Positions 22,085 through 34,192 of a DNA stretch of 64,000 bases are shown here, one piece after another. Where the stretch lies: contig JAYFMW010000005.1 in assembly GCA_042408215.1 (NCBI GenBank), forward strand, positions 544,001 to 608,000, given 5' to 3'. Made by a program: the position numbers and the translations under genes. How positions within the stretch are numbered: position 1 is the stretch's first letter; each line of letters begins with the position of its first letter. The stretch comes from Microcoleus sp. GTDB taxonomy: Bacteria > Cyanobacteriota > Cyanobacteriia > Cyanobacteriales > Microcoleaceae. Under the pieces are notes generated by a model that worked only from the letters and a program-made list of their open reading frames with translations, was not told the DNA's origin and ran no database searches.

Positions 22085-23449
22085 ATGACTATGACACCGA
22101 TGAAAGCTCCGCCTCTAGTTTCGCTACAAAGTCCTAAAGATGTTTCGATCGACCAAATCGAAGCCGAATTAGCTCAAATCTGGGAAAGTTACAGAGAATC
22201 TGGGTCGAAAGGCGATCGGACGATCGCCACCAGAGCCACAACCTTCACCTTCGTAGTCTACGAACCCGAAGAAACCCAGCAGCTATTAGCGGATCTAGGC
22301 TTTTACGACGGGCCGATCGACGGTATCACCGGGCCGATGACGGCATCCAGCATCAGAGCCGCTCAAAAAGCCTACGGCTTACCGAGGACAGGCAAAGCCA
22401 ATGCAGAATTGCTCGCCACCTTGCGCGAAGAACGCAGCTCCAAAAATTCCAGTGGCGATCTCCGGGGCCCAACAGGTTTCAGTTCAGGAGGTTCAGCCGT
22501 AGCTGACGCAATAGTCGCCGCCAATCCCTGCCGGATTATTACCCTTTGCCCCATGCTGGGAGAAGATACCGGCGTACAGGCACAAGTCGCCGCCTATTGT
22601 CCCGTTCACAAAGGCGGGAGCGGGAACCTGATCTGCTGTGAGTACATTACACTGCGGGGCACCGAAGCCGCCCTAGAACGAGTGAGTGGCATCGTGACAG
22701 CCCTAACGATCGCGGATTTGCCGACGCTGCTGTGGTGGAAAGCGACACCGGATGCCGATCGAGACTTGTTCCAGAGGTTAGCCGCCACCAGCAGTTCAGT
22801 GATTATCGATTCTAGCTGCTTTGCTAAACCAGAAGCTGAATTACTACTGATGCAAAGTTTGATAGAAGCAGGAATTCCGATCGCCGATCTGAATTGGCGT
22901 CGGTTGGCCGCGTGGCAGGAGTTAGCTGCTGAGGCATTTGACCCGCCAGAACGTCGCGCGGCAATTCGGGAAATCGATCGAGTGACGATCGATTACGAAC
23001 AGGATAATTCGACTCAAGCGCTGATGTATTTGGGTTGGCTAGCAAGCAGACTTCAGTGGCATCCTGTGGCTTTCAAGCAGGAGGAGGGCGACTACAAAAT
23101 CAAGCGGATTCAGTTCGCAGGTGCTGATGGGCGGGTTGTAGAAGCAGAGTTGGCGGCCATTCCAACTGCGAATACAGGCGATGTCCCTGGAGATTTGATT
23201 GCTCTGCGTTTGAATTCTACTAACAAGAATGCTGACTGCGGCACGGTACTGTGTTCGGAAGCTGGTGGCTGTATGCGGATGGAAACTCATGGCGGCGCTC
23301 AAACCGATAAATTTAACCAGGTGACTCCTCTGTTCGATCAGGTGACGGAACAGTTGCTGGGCCAGCACTTGCAGAGTTGGGGGCGCGATGTGCTGTACGA
23401 AGAAAGCTTGGCAGTGACGGCTCAAATGCTGAAATTAGCTAAGCAGTAA
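22085..23449 (+). CDS. opcA: G6PDH assembly protein OpcA
   Basis: Follows zwf; CCEYITLRG and DLNWRRLAAW motifs; internal PG-binding-like segment GFYDGPIDGI. Confidence 0.95.
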   Translation: MTMTPMKAPPLVSLQSPKDVSIDQIEAELAQIWESYRESGSKGDRTIATRATTFTFVVYEPEETQQLLADLGFYDGPIDGITGPMTASSIRAAQKAYGLPRTGKANAELLATLREERSSKNSSGDLRGPTGFSSGGSAVADAIVAANPCRIITLCPMLGEDTGVQAQVAAYCPVHKGGSGNLICCEYITLRGTEAALERVSGIVTALTIADLPTLLWWKATPDADRDLFQRLAATSSSVIIDSSCFAKPEAELLLMQSLIEAGIPIADLNWRRLAAWQELAAEAFDPPERRAAIREIDRVTIDYEQDNSTQALMYLGWLASRLQWHPVAFKQEEGDYKIKRIQFAGADGRVVEAELAAIPTANTGDVPGDLIALRLNSTNKNADCGTVLCSEAGGCMRMETHGGAQTDKFNQVTPLFDQVTEQLLGQHLQSWGRDVLYEESLAVTAQMLKLAKQ

Positions 23450-23742
23450 AAAGAAGTTCGGAACGGGCCATGTACGGAATTTAACCGATGTAACGGATCA
23501 GCCGTACAAATTAAATGGGCGAGAACTTAGAAACAAAAAGGAAGAAAGATTGAATGAAAAATCAGTGGGGCAGGAAATGCCAGCCCTACTCTTATTCTTC
23601 TCTTTTCTTCCTTCGCGCCCTTCGCGTCTTCGCGGTTCGTTAAATAGATATTATTTGAGCAGATCGAGAGCAATAAGAAGAAGGAAGAAAGCCCTTCGGC
23701 GAAGCTGATCCGGTAAAAAGAAGGAATCAGGAATAATCCTGA

Positions 23743-26069
23743 TAAGTAGGTCGGCGCGAAAAAAACCAACTATGTTAAAATAAGTAAATACAGAGAACAC
23801 TTCTACTGAGGTAAATCAATATATGGGGGCTAGATTAAGGGTATTCCTGACTCAAAAGCAAGACAAAACCCTAGGAGAACTGAGAACTGCGGATGTACCA
23901 CAAAAAGTCACTCTCCCGATCAGAAGTAATTAGGTTAAATGCACATGGCTGGTACGTTGAAAAAATAGCTGCTCATTTCAATTGGACTCCACAAACAGTG
24001 AGAGAGGTTTTACATAAATGGCAAAAGCTAGGCTGGGAAGGCCTTTGGAAATTACCATGTCGAGGGGGAAAACCCAAGTGGAAACAAGAAGACATAGAGT
24101 TTGTAGCAGAATGTCTCAAAAAAGAACCACGTACATACAACAGTGTTCAATTAGCTCAGAAATTAGAAAAAGAGCGTTATATTAAACTAAGTCCCGACAG
24201 ATTAAGACGGATACTAAAAAAAAAGGGTTTATTTAGAAACGAGCGAGAAAAAGTCATAAAGGAAAACAAGAATCTGTAATACAATTAAACAAGCAGACTT
24301 AGATATGTTGGAACTAGCTGCGACAGCGGGAGAAATCGACTTAAAATATTTGGATGAATCAGGATTTTGTGCGTGGAGTGAACCTGGTTACACTTATTAC
24401 CAACGATAGGAGCAAAAACGGCTCGAACCAACGAAGAGGCGTGGTCGTAGATTAAGTATTGTAGGGCTTCTTCAGCATGAAATCAGCTTTGTTTACGGTT
24501 TGGTAATTGGGGGTGTTGATCGAAAAGCTTATATCAAAATGATGGCTCAAGAAGCCGAAGAAGCTGCTCAGATTGGACGACCGAGAGTAATCGTACAAGA
24601 CAACGGCCCAATACACCGATGTCAGGAAGTCCAACAGTTATGGTCAAAGTGGGAAAATCAGGGTTTATATATCTTTTTTTTTCCCAAATATTGTTGCGAA
24701 ATGAACCCAATTGAATTGGAGTCGCAACACATTAAAAAAGATGAATTAGCGGGACAAATGTTGGACGATGAATTAGAACTCGCCTAGGCCGTAATTCATG
24801 GAGTAGAAGTTAGAGGAGAAAGAGGAAACTACCGTACACAACGTGTTAAATTTAAATCCAATCACGCTACTTAATGTTGCGTTACATAAACATATAGCCT
24901 CGATCAGAAAGATGAGGTACAATAACAGCAGTGACTAAACCAATTCCAAATATTTTATGATGTAACTTCATTAAATGCAAACTCTATGGATTTTGCTAAC
25001 TCTTGATAATTAGTCGTCTGGATAGAACGGAGAATATTTTTAAGTTCATAAATTTTCAAGAGGTGAGAACTCAGGAGAATAGGGCGACAGGTATATTAAT
25101 TTTGCCCCTTTCTCTTAGATGGCTTTTTCTACTTCTTCTCCGGTATGAATAGTAAAATTATCCATCACTACACAAGCACCTTTCCAGAATTTTGGTACTA
25201 ACTTTCGGATGATAAAAGCCTCAAATGTAATTGGATCGGTTGTACCTATTAAATTGACTGATGTTAGGACTTCATTAACCGATATAGCTCCAATTATTGA
25301 GACATTTCTTCCGCGTTTATTCGGTTTTGGTCCCTTGGCCCTTGAACCTTTTAGAGACCGACCATATAACCTAACCATTGCCAAGTTTACTCCATATTCA
25401 TCAATGAATATTAAGTCTTTAAAACAAACTTATCGGATTTTTTGCCAGAACTCATATCGCAGGTTCATAACTCTGTCACTGCCTTTATCTGAGGGGAAAA
25501 GAGTTTTTTTTTAAAGTCATGTTCAAGAGTTTTGCCATTCTTCCCATCGTTGCTATACTGATGGTACAACCAATTTTTTGGTAGAGTAAATAACGGAGTT
25601 CTTCGAGAGTTGCATCATTATTTGCTTCAATCAATTCCGCTCCAATCAGAAGTTGTTCTGAATTCAGTTTTAATTTGACTCCGCATCGCTCAGTTCGAGG
25701 ATCAATATTTTGGGTCTCACGATACTGTTTAATCATTTTTTGGACTCAACTTAGGGCTACACAAAAACGGTTAGCTATTGCTCTTTGTGACAGCGGTTCA
25801 TTCTGGTACACATCCATAATTTTTTGTCTAAAATCAAGAGAATAAGTTTTCATTTTTACTAATGTGTGATAATTGCTAAAATCCTGGATGGTTGTGATTC
25901 GAGTGACTACTGTAAATCCAGTCACTGCTGTGGGTCGAGCGACTGCTCTGAGCGCTCCATTTAATTAGATTGCATAACATTTTGGGGTTTTATATTTTTC
26001 ACTCCGTTCAAGTCAGTTATATCATACCTCATCTTTCTGATAAGTGCTATAATTTTCCCCACCTACTTA
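23743..26069 (+). mobile_element. IS630-family element, decayed transposase ~23823-24874, with a second IS630 nested near its right end
   Basis: Ends TAAGTAGG...CCTACTTA; A9 slippery run at ~24216; YLDESGF, QDNGPIH and EMNPIE motifs broken by stops and frameshifts. Confidence 0.85.
24893..26051 (-). mobile_element. IS630-family element, decayed transposase ~25853-24960
   Basis: TIRs tatagcctcgatcagaaagatgaggta and tacctcatctttctgataagtgctata; NNDATLEEL, FIDEYG, VVMDN and LSPYSP motifs. Confidence 0.85.
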
Positions 26070-26853
26070 TACCATCGCTGTCCAATCGCATCAAAGTCGA
26101 TCGACTATTTAGCCGCGGTTCCAATCCCCGCACAGGTATCAGATGATTCATTAAAAGCGCGCTTTTTCCCGGAGGAATGATTAATTGCTGCGGAAAATCT
26201 GACTGTCTCTTTCCCCTCAAAATATCATTCACAGCGCGGCTACCAGGCCCCGCATAAATATTACCCTCAGCATTTTAGACTTGCGGCGGTAACTCAATAA
26301 ACGGCGCATCGGCTTGACTCAAATAACTCGCCACTTGTAATAGATCTAATTTTACTGGTCGGATTGTAAACTATAAATCCTTGATATAAAGTCCGCAATT
26401 TTTCAGGCACAGCGGCTTTAGCAATAGGCGGTACAAATAGATCGAAACGCCCTTGAAAGGGAAAGTTTAAATGTGCTGTTGGAAATCTTTTACGATTCGG
26501 CGGAAAAGTCGAAAGCAAAATTCCTTCTTCCAGCACTAATTCGGGCTGTTACTGTTAAATATTGGTATAGCCTTTCTGAGTAACAGTGCGGTGCACGCTG
26601 GATAAGCGGGCATAGGGCATAGGGCATAGGGCATAGGGCATAGGGCATACCTCACCAAGATTGAGAACTGCTATATGTTGTCTAACTGTCCCGGTAAAGG
26701 CCGCACTTCTTGGATTTGGAAAACTTCTTGAGGTGCTGGGAGGATTTGGAGTAAGGGTATAATTGATCGAAGTGACAGCATTTTTAGATTTGTAAAAAGT
26801 AATGGCTGTGAGATACCCAACTTCTTAAATAGTGCTGGACGCATAAATACCAA
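26070..26853 (-). pseudogene. DUF3370-like protein remnant, interrupted by a MITE and truncated by IS630
   Basis: Fragments QEVRPLPGQLDNI|PIFNSNSPELV.EEGILLSTFP...HLNFPFQGRFDLF with frameshifts. Confidence 0.65.
26566..26675. mobile_element. IS630-type MITE with an internal GGGCATA heptamer array
   Basis: Ends tatagcc...gctata resemble the TIR of the neighbouring IS630. Removing it rejoins DNI|PIFNSNSP. Confidence 0.75.
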
Positions 26854-26978
26854 ATAAACCGGGTTTTTTACCAGTATTAAAGGCAGGAATGCAGTAGTTC
26901 TGTAAAAAACCCGGTTTCTGCTTCCAGGACTACTAAAGAAGTTGGGGTTCTAGGTGTTCTGTTTGTTTATGGTTGTGT

Positions 26979-27902
26979 TTAACGCGCCCACTGTTGTAAG
27001 ATGTAATTATAAAACTTTTCCGTATCTACTCGATCCATTGCTTTGATTTTGCGGCCTCCTGCTTGAACTTTTGTGCGACCTTGACTAACTCCTTCAGTAA
27101 CAATTGCGGTTTCCCATTCTCGCAATAGATAAAATTCTGGATGCGCTAAATAAGCGGTTGCCAAAATATCCCAAAAATAGTAATCTTGAGAAATAGCTAG
27201 AGCGTAACACTGTCCAGCCAAGTCGGAAATTGGATATTTGCGCTGTCTTGCTAACAGATTGGAAAATTCGACGGTCAGCGGTACGTTATTGGTAATATCT
27301 AAAGGACACATAACGATCGGAATTTGAGTTTGCCAAATTCGGGCGATCGCAAATGGGTCCCAGTAAGCATTCCATTCCGCCGACATATCCTGTCCCGGTT
27401 CCATATCTTTACTCACATTACCAGGAACATTCAGCGCCCCTCCCATCCAGACAATCTCCTGAATTTTGCTCTCAATTTCCGGCGCGATATCCAAAGCTTC
27501 CGCTACAGTTGTCAAAGGCCCAGTTACTATTAATGTTACAGGTTCTGGTGCTGCTTGCAAAACTCGCACCATAAAATTTTGTCCAGGTTCAGATATTAAC
27601 GGCGTGTCAATAGTTCCTTTTTCATTTAAAATAGGAAGTCGATCGACTGCAAAAGAATATCGCCGAAACAACACCGGAAACGGATTAAGTCCACGCACCG
27701 TACTCGCCGCCACCGGCACATCAGAACATCCCATTAAATCGAGAATTTTCCGAGTAGCACTCACCGCAGGTTGAATATAGCAGTCAGCAGGAGTTACAAT
27801 TACTCCCAGAGTTTCAACTTCCTGCATACTCATCAGCAAAACGACGGACAGATAATCATCTACCGCACCGTCACGATCCATAAGTACAAATTTTTTCGAC
27901 AT
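26979..27902 (-). CDS. Nucleoside hydrolase
   Basis: DxDGAVDD, TGPLT, MGGAL, AEWNAYWDP, WD motifs. Confidence 0.92.
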   Translation of the reverse strand: MSKKFVLMDRDGAVDDYLSVVLLMSMQEVETLGVIVTPADCYIQPAVSATRKILDLMGCSDVPVAASTVRGLNPFPVLFRRYSFAVDRLPILNEKGTIDTPLISEPGQNFMVRVLQAAPEPVTLIVTGPLTTVAEALDIAPEIESKIQEIVWMGGALNVPGNVSKDMEPGQDMSAEWNAYWDPFAIARIWQTQIPIVMCPLDITNNVPLTVEFSNLLARQRKYPISDLAGQCYALAISQDYYFWDILATAYLAHPEFYLLREWETAIVTEGVSQGRTKVQAGGRKIKAMDRVDTEKFYNYILQQWAR

Positions 27903-28093
27903 TGCGATCGCCTGGAGAGTAAATTACTGTAAACTACAAATATACATTTATTTATTCTGACAAACACAACTGTCCCAACTATAACAAGCCCAAATCCTGT
28001 ATAAACCCCTCTCCTTCTTATATTCCTTCCTGTCCTTCGCGACGAAAGCGGTTCGTAAAAAAAGCCTCATTCACAAATCATTGAGTATTCTAT

Positions 28094-30103
28094 ATGACCA
28101 CAGTATCACCTTACGGCTCTTGGAAATCCCCTATTTCCTCAGACTTAATTGTTTCTGGAACAGTAGGACTCGGACAAATTGTCATTGACGGCGAGGATAT
28201 CTACTGGATAGAAGGACGACCTTCAGAAGCAGGAAGAAGTGTGATTGTCCGACGCACTCCTGATGGTAAAATAAATGATGTAACACCGCAACCTTTTAAT
28301 GTTCGCACTCGCGTCCATGAATACGGCAGCGGTGCATTTGCAGTAGCTAGCGGCACTGTCTATTTTTCCAATTTTGCCGACGGGCGGATTTATCGTCAAA
28401 CCTTAGATTCTCAACCCGAACCTCTCACGCCCATAGTGAATTTTCGCTATGCAGATGGGATTGTTGACAAGGAAAGAAATCGCCTGATTTGCGTGAGGGA
28501 AGATCGTACAGGCGAGGGTGAAGCTGTCAATACCATTGTTAGTGTTAATTTAGACAATGGTGAAGATATTCAGATCTTAACTCAGGGGAATGATTTTTAT
28601 GCTTCCCCGCGTTTGAATCCCGAAGGTTCTCAACTGTGCTGGATTAGTTGGAACCACCCAAATATGCCTTGGGATGGGACAGAATTGTGGGTGGCGGAAA
28701 TTAATGATGACGGTGATTTAGGAGAAAAACAGTTAGTTGCTGGTGGCTTAGAAGAGTCTATTTTTCAACCGGAATGGTCGCCGGATGGAGTGCTGTATTT
28801 TGTTTCTGACAAGTCTAACTGGTGGAATCTCTATCGAACTCCTCTCAATCCCCCCTTGGTAAGGGGAGAAAAAGACATAGAACCCCCCTTGGTAAGGGGG
28901 GAAAAAGACATAGAACCCCCCTTGGTAAGGGGGGCAGGGGGGATCGAACCTCTGTGCGAAATGGCCGCAGAATTCGGACTTCCTCAGTGGGTTTTTGGAA
29001 TGTCAACCTATGCTGTTTCGGCGAGCGAAATTATTTGCACTTACACTCAGCAAGGGAAGTGGCATCTAGCCCGGATCGATTTAGAAACAAAGCAGTTAAC
29101 AACAATTGAAACTCCTTACACTGATATTTCGTCGGTAAAAGCGAGAGGAGAAATAGCTGTTTTTCTGGGAGCTTCGCCGACAGAATCTACTTCTATTGTA
29201 CAACTAAATTTAGTCACAAGTCAACTAGAAGTATTGCGCCGATCGAGTAATTTAACCATTGACACAGGCTATCTTTCTTTGCCGGTGCCGATCGCATTTC
29301 CGACAGAAAAGGGTTTAACGGCTTTCGGCTTCTTCTATCCACCGCAAAACCAAGACTTCGCAGCCCCTGCAACTGAAAAACCGCCGCTTGTGGTCAAAAG
29401 TCACGGTGGCCCCACGGCAGCTACTTCTAGCAGCATGAATTTAAAGATTCAATACTGGACAAGTCGAGGTTTTGCTGTCCTTGATGTGAATTACGGCGGT
29501 AGCACTGGTTACGGCCGAGAATACAGGAAAAGATTACAAGATAGTTGGGGAATTGTGGATGTTGACGACTGTGCTAATGGTGCTAAATATTTAGCCCAAA
29601 TGGGTTTAGTTGATGGCGACAGAATGGCGATCGCCGGTGGTAGTGCAGGGGGATACACGACTCTGTGTGCTCTTACTTTTCGCGATGTTTTTAAGGCAGG
29701 CGCGAGCTATTATGGAGTGAGCGATTTGTCTGCTTTGGCAACGGATACTCACAAGTTTGAGTCGCGCTATCTGGATGGATTGATTGGGCCTTATCCTGAA
29801 AGAAAAGATTTGTATATAGCTCGATCGCCTATTCACTTTACGGAACGTTTATCTTGTCCTGTAATCTTCTTTCAAGGATTGGAAGATCGAGTTGTTCCTC
29901 CCAATCAAGCGGAAATGATGGTAGAGGCATTAAAAGCAAAAGGTTTGCCTGTTTCTTACGTTGCTTATGAAGGGGAACAGCACGGTTTTCGTCGTGCTGA
30001 AAATATCAAAAGAACTCTGGATGGCGAATTCTATTTCTATTCGCGGGTGTTTAAGTTTGAGTTGGCTGAATTAGTTGAGGAAGTGCCGATCGCCAATCTT
30101 TAA
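28094..30103 (+). CDS. S9 family peptidase (acylaminoacyl/dipeptidyl peptidase)
   Basis: HGGPT, GGSAGG, GLEDRVV and EQHGF motifs. Confidence 0.95.
   Translation: MTTVSPYGSWKSPISSDLIVSGTVGLGQIVIDGEDIYWIEGRPSEAGRSVIVRRTPDGKINDVTPQPFNVRTRVHEYGSGAFAVASGTVYFSNFADGRIYRQTLDSQPEPLTPIVNFRYADGIVDKERNRLICVREDRTGEGEAVNTIVSVNLDNGEDIQILTQGNDFYASPRLNPEGSQLCWISWNHPNMPWDGTELWVAEINDDGDLGEKQLVAGGLEESIFQPEWSPDGVLYFVSDKSNWWNLYRTPLNPPLVRGEKDIEPPLVRGEKDIEPPLVRGAGGIEPLCEMAAEFGLPQWVFGMSTYAVSASEIICTYTQQGKWHLARIDLETKQLTTIETPYTDISSVKARGEIAVFLGASPTESTSIVQLNLVTSQLEVLRRSSNLTIDTGYLSLPVPIAFPTEKGLTAFGFFYPPQNQDFAAPATEKPPLVVKSHGGPTAATSSSMNLKIQYWTSRGFAVLDVNYGGSTGYGREYRKRLQDSWGIVDVDDCANGAKYLAQMGLVDGDRMAIAGGSAGGYTTLCALTFRDVFKAGASYYGVSDLSALATDTHKFESRYLDGLIGPYPERKDLYIARSPIHFTERLSCPVIFFQGLEDRVVPPNQAEMMVEALKAKGLPVSYVAYEGEQHGFRRAENIKRTLDGEFYFYSRVFKFELAELVEEVPIANL
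28838..28945 (+). repeat. In-frame palindromic repeat CCCCCTTGGTAAGGGG x3 (33-bp period) inside the S9 gene
   Basis: Encodes [31 protein letters not shown]. Confidence 0.9.
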
Positions 30104-30308
30104 AAACATTTAACTTTTCAATGACTCTGTTGGCCCTCAAGCGACATTCACAATGAGCAAATATTGATTGTGATCTTGTTCACAATTTTTATTGTTTTCT
30201 GTCACATCTTTTGAGAGGATAATATCCGTTAATGGTTATATTGCGATCGCCCTATCCTGTAACTCAGGAATAGGCGATCGCACAATTGTTGAGTTCAACT
30301 CACTAGCC

Positions 30309-30557
30309 ATGCAAACTCCTGTAAACTTGATTCCATCGGCTTTAGGCGAGTTGTTTGCCGAAGTCCACCAAAACGGCTACATTACTCTAGCCGATCGCTA
30401 CGGTTTGATGGCTGCTATTTTCGACGACACCTTGACAGAGGAAGACAAGCGATCGATCGATCGGCTATTGCGCGCCGTGTGCCGAGGCAGGATAAAATTA
30501 GTTAACGAACTGTCTATGGTCAGATCAGTTCGATTCAAGCCTAAACAGTTGGTATAG
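30309..30557 (+). CDS. Small conserved cyanobacterial hypothetical protein
   Basis: LGELFA...ITLADRYGLMAAI...EED.RSIDRLL motif; ATG 30309. Confidence 0.75.
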   Translation: MQTPVNLIPSALGELFAEVHQNGYITLADRYGLMAAIFDDTLTEEDKRSIDRLLRAVCRGRIKLVNELSMVRSVRFKPKQLV

Positions 30558-31110
30558 CCCTGGCAAATTCTAACTTACTTGAATTATCTTCCGGCTGCAA
30601 ATCCATCTGATAACTGAGTGCCGAAGGAATGCCGATCGCGCAGCAGGGAAAATTCTGGCCTAGGGCTCGCACCAGCGGATGGTTAACAGAATTACAGCCC
30701 AAAAATAGCACATCTGCTGACTCGAATTCTACAACATTTCGGAGTTCTGTAGCAACAGGCCCTAGGGGTAGGTGAGCTTTAAATAAACCGCGCCATTCCT
30801 CCGCCAAACAGCGGGCTTACCACAACAGCCTGTCTGCTATTTCCTACTGATTATTTGGACAGAAAATCGCCTGAAGGTAAGGCGGATCTATCCAAGTTTT
30901 CCGGGGAGATATCGATGGGATTTTGGCTGCGGGTAAAGCGATCGCAGGTGCGGCACAATTCAAAGCGGATGATGTCTTTGAATCTGACAGCCTTGGCTCG
31001 CCAACAGATAGATTTACCTCAGCAAAGTGGCAGATATCTTCACAGTAACTCTCCTGAGTTTCGTCGAGTACATAAACAACTTGAACCGTCACTTCTTGGG
31101 TTGTTACTAA
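30541..31110 (-). pseudogene. Universal-stress-protein-like remnant (frameshifted, 5' truncated)
   Basis: VTVQVVYV fragment, then in another frame LAEEWRGLFKAHL..G.VATELR.VV...ADVLFLGC. Confidence 0.55.
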
Positions 31111-31223
31111 TTGCTAAATGTGAGTTTTCCATCTTCCCTCTGACCTCTGACTTCCCCATTCCTTGGGAGCGCGAGGGGGGTGCATTCTGACTTCTTCCCC
31201 CTTCCCTCTGACTTCTTCCTTCT

Positions 31224-32561
31224 TCAAACCAAAAATCGAATAGTTACATATATAGCAGCAGTTACTAATTGCAGTAACATCACAGGAATCCCATAACGCA
31301 GAAAAGTTTGAAAAGAAATCCGGCGTCCGTGCAGCTCAGAAATTCCCGCCGCTACTATATTAGAAGAAGCTCCTACCAAAGTGCCATTACCTCCCAAAGT
31401 TGCCCCGTACATCATCGCGTAAAACAGCGGCAACACCTCCACTGGAAACTGCCCTGCAAAATCGGGAGCCAGCACTTCCGCAGGCGCTAGCCCGACGTTA
31501 ACAACATACTGTTTTAGCAACGGCACCATCGCCACCACTAGGGGAATATTTGGCACCACACTCGACATCAAACCAACAAAAAACAACAAAGCTAGGGAGC
31601 CCAAAAATATATTTTTTCCCAAAATAACTGCTAGTATTCCCGATATACTAGCGATGACCCCGGTTTTTTCCAAACCGCCAATTAAAACAAAAATAGACAT
31701 AAAAAATAGCAGCGTACTCCAATCTAAATCCCGCAAGATATTATTAACAGAATCTATTTTAGATTGATGAGCTAATAGCATTGACAAAGCCGCCCCCAAC
31801 AAAGCAACGGCTGCTGGTGAAATTGGCACTGGTAGCGACTCTCCCACTACAAAAAATGTCAGCACGAAAGCTATAATTAAACCCCCCACTGCTAAAACTC
31901 GCGGGTGATTAATTTTGGGATGTGGTAAGTGTTCCAAATCTTTTAATTCTTTGTGCCAGATTTCGGGGAACAGCCACGGCAGAATAACTACTATTACTCC
32001 TAGGGCAATTGCCCCGCCCAAACTTAATTTTAGCAGGTAATCTGCAAAGCTCATATTAATAGCATCGCCGACAATAAATGTCGCCGGATCGCCCACGATT
32101 GTCAGCAGTCCCGAACTGTTAGCTACAAATACCATTAAAATTAGTAATGGCACAAAATCTACACCGACTTCTTCTGCCATTGGCGGAATTAATGGTGCTA
32201 GCAGCATGACGGTGGTAGCATTTGGCAAAACTGCACAAATCGGGGTAGTAATGGCGACAATACCCAGCAATAGATTTTTGCCTTTTCCTTTAGCTAAAAG
32301 CACCATTTGAGTTGCCAAGTAGTCGAATACTTTGGTGGGTTCAAATGACCTTACCATTACCATGACTCCGAAGAATAAGCCCAACGTTCCGTGACTGCGA
32401 TCGATATATTCGATCGCGTCGTTTAAAGTCATGACGTGGGTAAAAACCAGGATCAGCGCTCCTAAAAAAGCCGCAACCGTTAGGTGTATCCACTCTGTGA
32501 TTATTAATACAATTACACCGACAAATGTTGCCGCAGCGATCGCAGCTTGCAAGTTTTCCAT
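31224..32561 (-). CDS. ArsB/NhaD/SLC13-type ion permease
   Basis: PNATTV, IVGDPAT, LDWSTLLFF and GGNGTLVGASSN motifs; ~12 TM segments. Confidence 0.9.
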   Translation of the reverse strand: MENLQAAIAAATFVGVIVLIITEWIHLTVAAFLGALILVFTHVMTLNDAIEYIDRSHGTLGLFFGVMVMVRSFEPTKVFDYLATQMVLLAKGKGKNLLLGIVAITTPICAVLPNATTVMLLAPLIPPMAEEVGVDFVPLLILMVFVANSSGLLTIVGDPATFIVGDAINMSFADYLLKLSLGGAIALGVIVVILPWLFPEIWHKELKDLEHLPHPKINHPRVLAVGGLIIAFVLTFFVVGESLPVPISPAAVALLGAALSMLLAHQSKIDSVNNILRDLDWSTLLFFMSIFVLIGGLEKTGVIASISGILAVILGKNIFLGSLALLFFVGLMSSVVPNIPLVVAMVPLLKQYVVNVGLAPAEVLAPDFAGQFPVEVLPLFYAMMYGATLGGNGTLVGASSNIVAAGISELHGRRISFQTFLRYGIPVMLLQLVTAAIYVTIRFLV

Positions 32562-32837
32562 GAATTTATTAAAAATAATTAAATTTTCAAAAGTTTCTGC
32601 ATTGGCTGGCACAATAATACTACTTAATTGCCCTTATGTCAATAGGTTTAAGTGCAGTTTTTTGCCAGCCGTCGGAATCAAGTAATTCAGAGTGCCGGCA
32701 CAGGGAAAAAATTAGAGGAAAACTATTTCTTTTGGCTGGGTTGCGATCGCCCAGACTTTGATATGTCAATTGAGCGATCGCTCCGCTACAATAAGACAAT
32801 GGCAATATCTGTCAGACTCCACCCCTACGCAGACATC

Positions 32838-34040
32838 ATGGATTACAGCCAACTGCTCACCGACAAAACCGACACTATCCTCCAAAACTGGATTGAAGCA
32901 GTTAGTCAGGATCGGAAAATTGAAAGTGCTGATGCCTTACCGCACTCAGCAATCAAAAATCACATACCTCACCTGCTGGCGGCGATGGCAACAGTGGTTT
33001 CCCAATATCAAAACAGCGAAATCGGCATCATCATCAAAGCCAGTTTGAATCACGGATTTCTCCGAGCAGAACAAGGCTATAACCCAGCAGAAGTAGCGCG
33101 GGAATACCATTTACTTCGTCAAGTAATATTCTCCCATATAGAAACAGAATTGCTAGCAGGAACAACCAGAGAAGTAGTCAGAACTTTTCGACTAATAGAT
33201 GCCGTAGTAGACGAAGCAATTGCCCAGTGTTTTAACAGTTACGTTTCCCAGCGGTTGAGCGAACTTCAACAAATCCAAACTCAGTTAATACTCACAAATC
33301 AAGAACTCAATCGCCTAGTCAGCGCCAACCAAGAAAATCTCTCCTATTTGGCTCACGAACTCAAAACACCTCTCAACTCAATCATCGGTTATTCTGAACT
33401 GTTTTTGCGTCAAGAAAAAAGGCAACCTGAAATCAAAGATACCCTAGCCGGCATCGAACACATAGAGCGAGTATTGCGTAACGGCAGACAATTGCTACGC
33501 CTGATTAACGACGCCCTAGAACTCTCCCGTGCAGACGCTGGAAAAATCCAACTCCAATTGAGGAAAACTAATGTACAATCTATAATTAATACAGTAGTAG
33601 AAGTGCTGCTGCCAATGGCTGATGCTAAGAGATTAAAGCTCACAATAACTACCGACCGCGCCCCAAAACAAGTAATCGCCGACTCCCAGCGACTGCAACA
33701 AATTGTTACCAATCTTCTGAGCAATGCTATTCGCTATACAGAAACTGGTAGCATCGAATTACATTGCTGTCAAGTCGGAGCCGAAAATTGGGCGATCGCA
33801 ATTACAGACACCGGAATTGGCATCGCCAACGAAGATAAACATCGCATATTTGACCCCTTCTTTCAAGCAGGAGAATCTAGGAAACAGCAATTTTCACCAG
33901 ACAGCACAGGCTTGGGATTAGCAATAGTATCGCGACTGGTAAAACTACTGCAAGGCAACATAGATGTAGTATCAGAAATTGGAGTAGGCTCCACTTTCAC
34001 AGTCATTTTACCCCTGGAAGTTCGGCAACGGATTCTGTAA
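32838..34040 (+). CDS. Sensor histidine kinase with RsbRD_N-like N-terminal domain
   Basis: HG..RAEQGY; AHELKTPL H-box; NLLSNA, DTGIGI and GLGL boxes. Confidence 0.92.
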   Translation: MDYSQLLTDKTDTILQNWIEAVSQDRKIESADALPHSAIKNHIPHLLAAMATVVSQYQNSEIGIIIKASLNHGFLRAEQGYNPAEVAREYHLLRQVIFSHIETELLAGTTREVVRTFRLIDAVVDEAIAQCFNSYVSQRLSELQQIQTQLILTNQELNRLVSANQENLSYLAHELKTPLNSIIGYSELFLRQEKRQPEIKDTLAGIEHIERVLRNGRQLLRLINDALELSRADAGKIQLQLRKTNVQSIINTVVEVLLPMADAKRLKLTITTDRAPKQVIADSQRLQQIVTNLLSNAIRYTETGSIELHCCQVGAENWAIAITDTGIGIANEDKHRIFDPFFQAGESRKQQFSPDSTGLGLAIVSRLVKLLQGNIDVVSEIGVGSTFTVILPLEVRQRIL

Positions 34041-34192
34041 CGGATTTAACGGATGTTAGCAATAAGCAATAAGCAATAAGCAATAAGCAATAAAATCAAT
34101 AGTCTCAAATTAAATCGGTCAGAAACACTCTGGGCATCCAATTAGTAGTATCATAAATCTATGAAAGCCTCTTTAACAAAAAGATTATTTCC

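Noticed and set aside
22270..22430. Peptidoglycan-binding-like segment inside OpcA
   Set aside because: A known feature of cyanobacterial OpcA, not novel.
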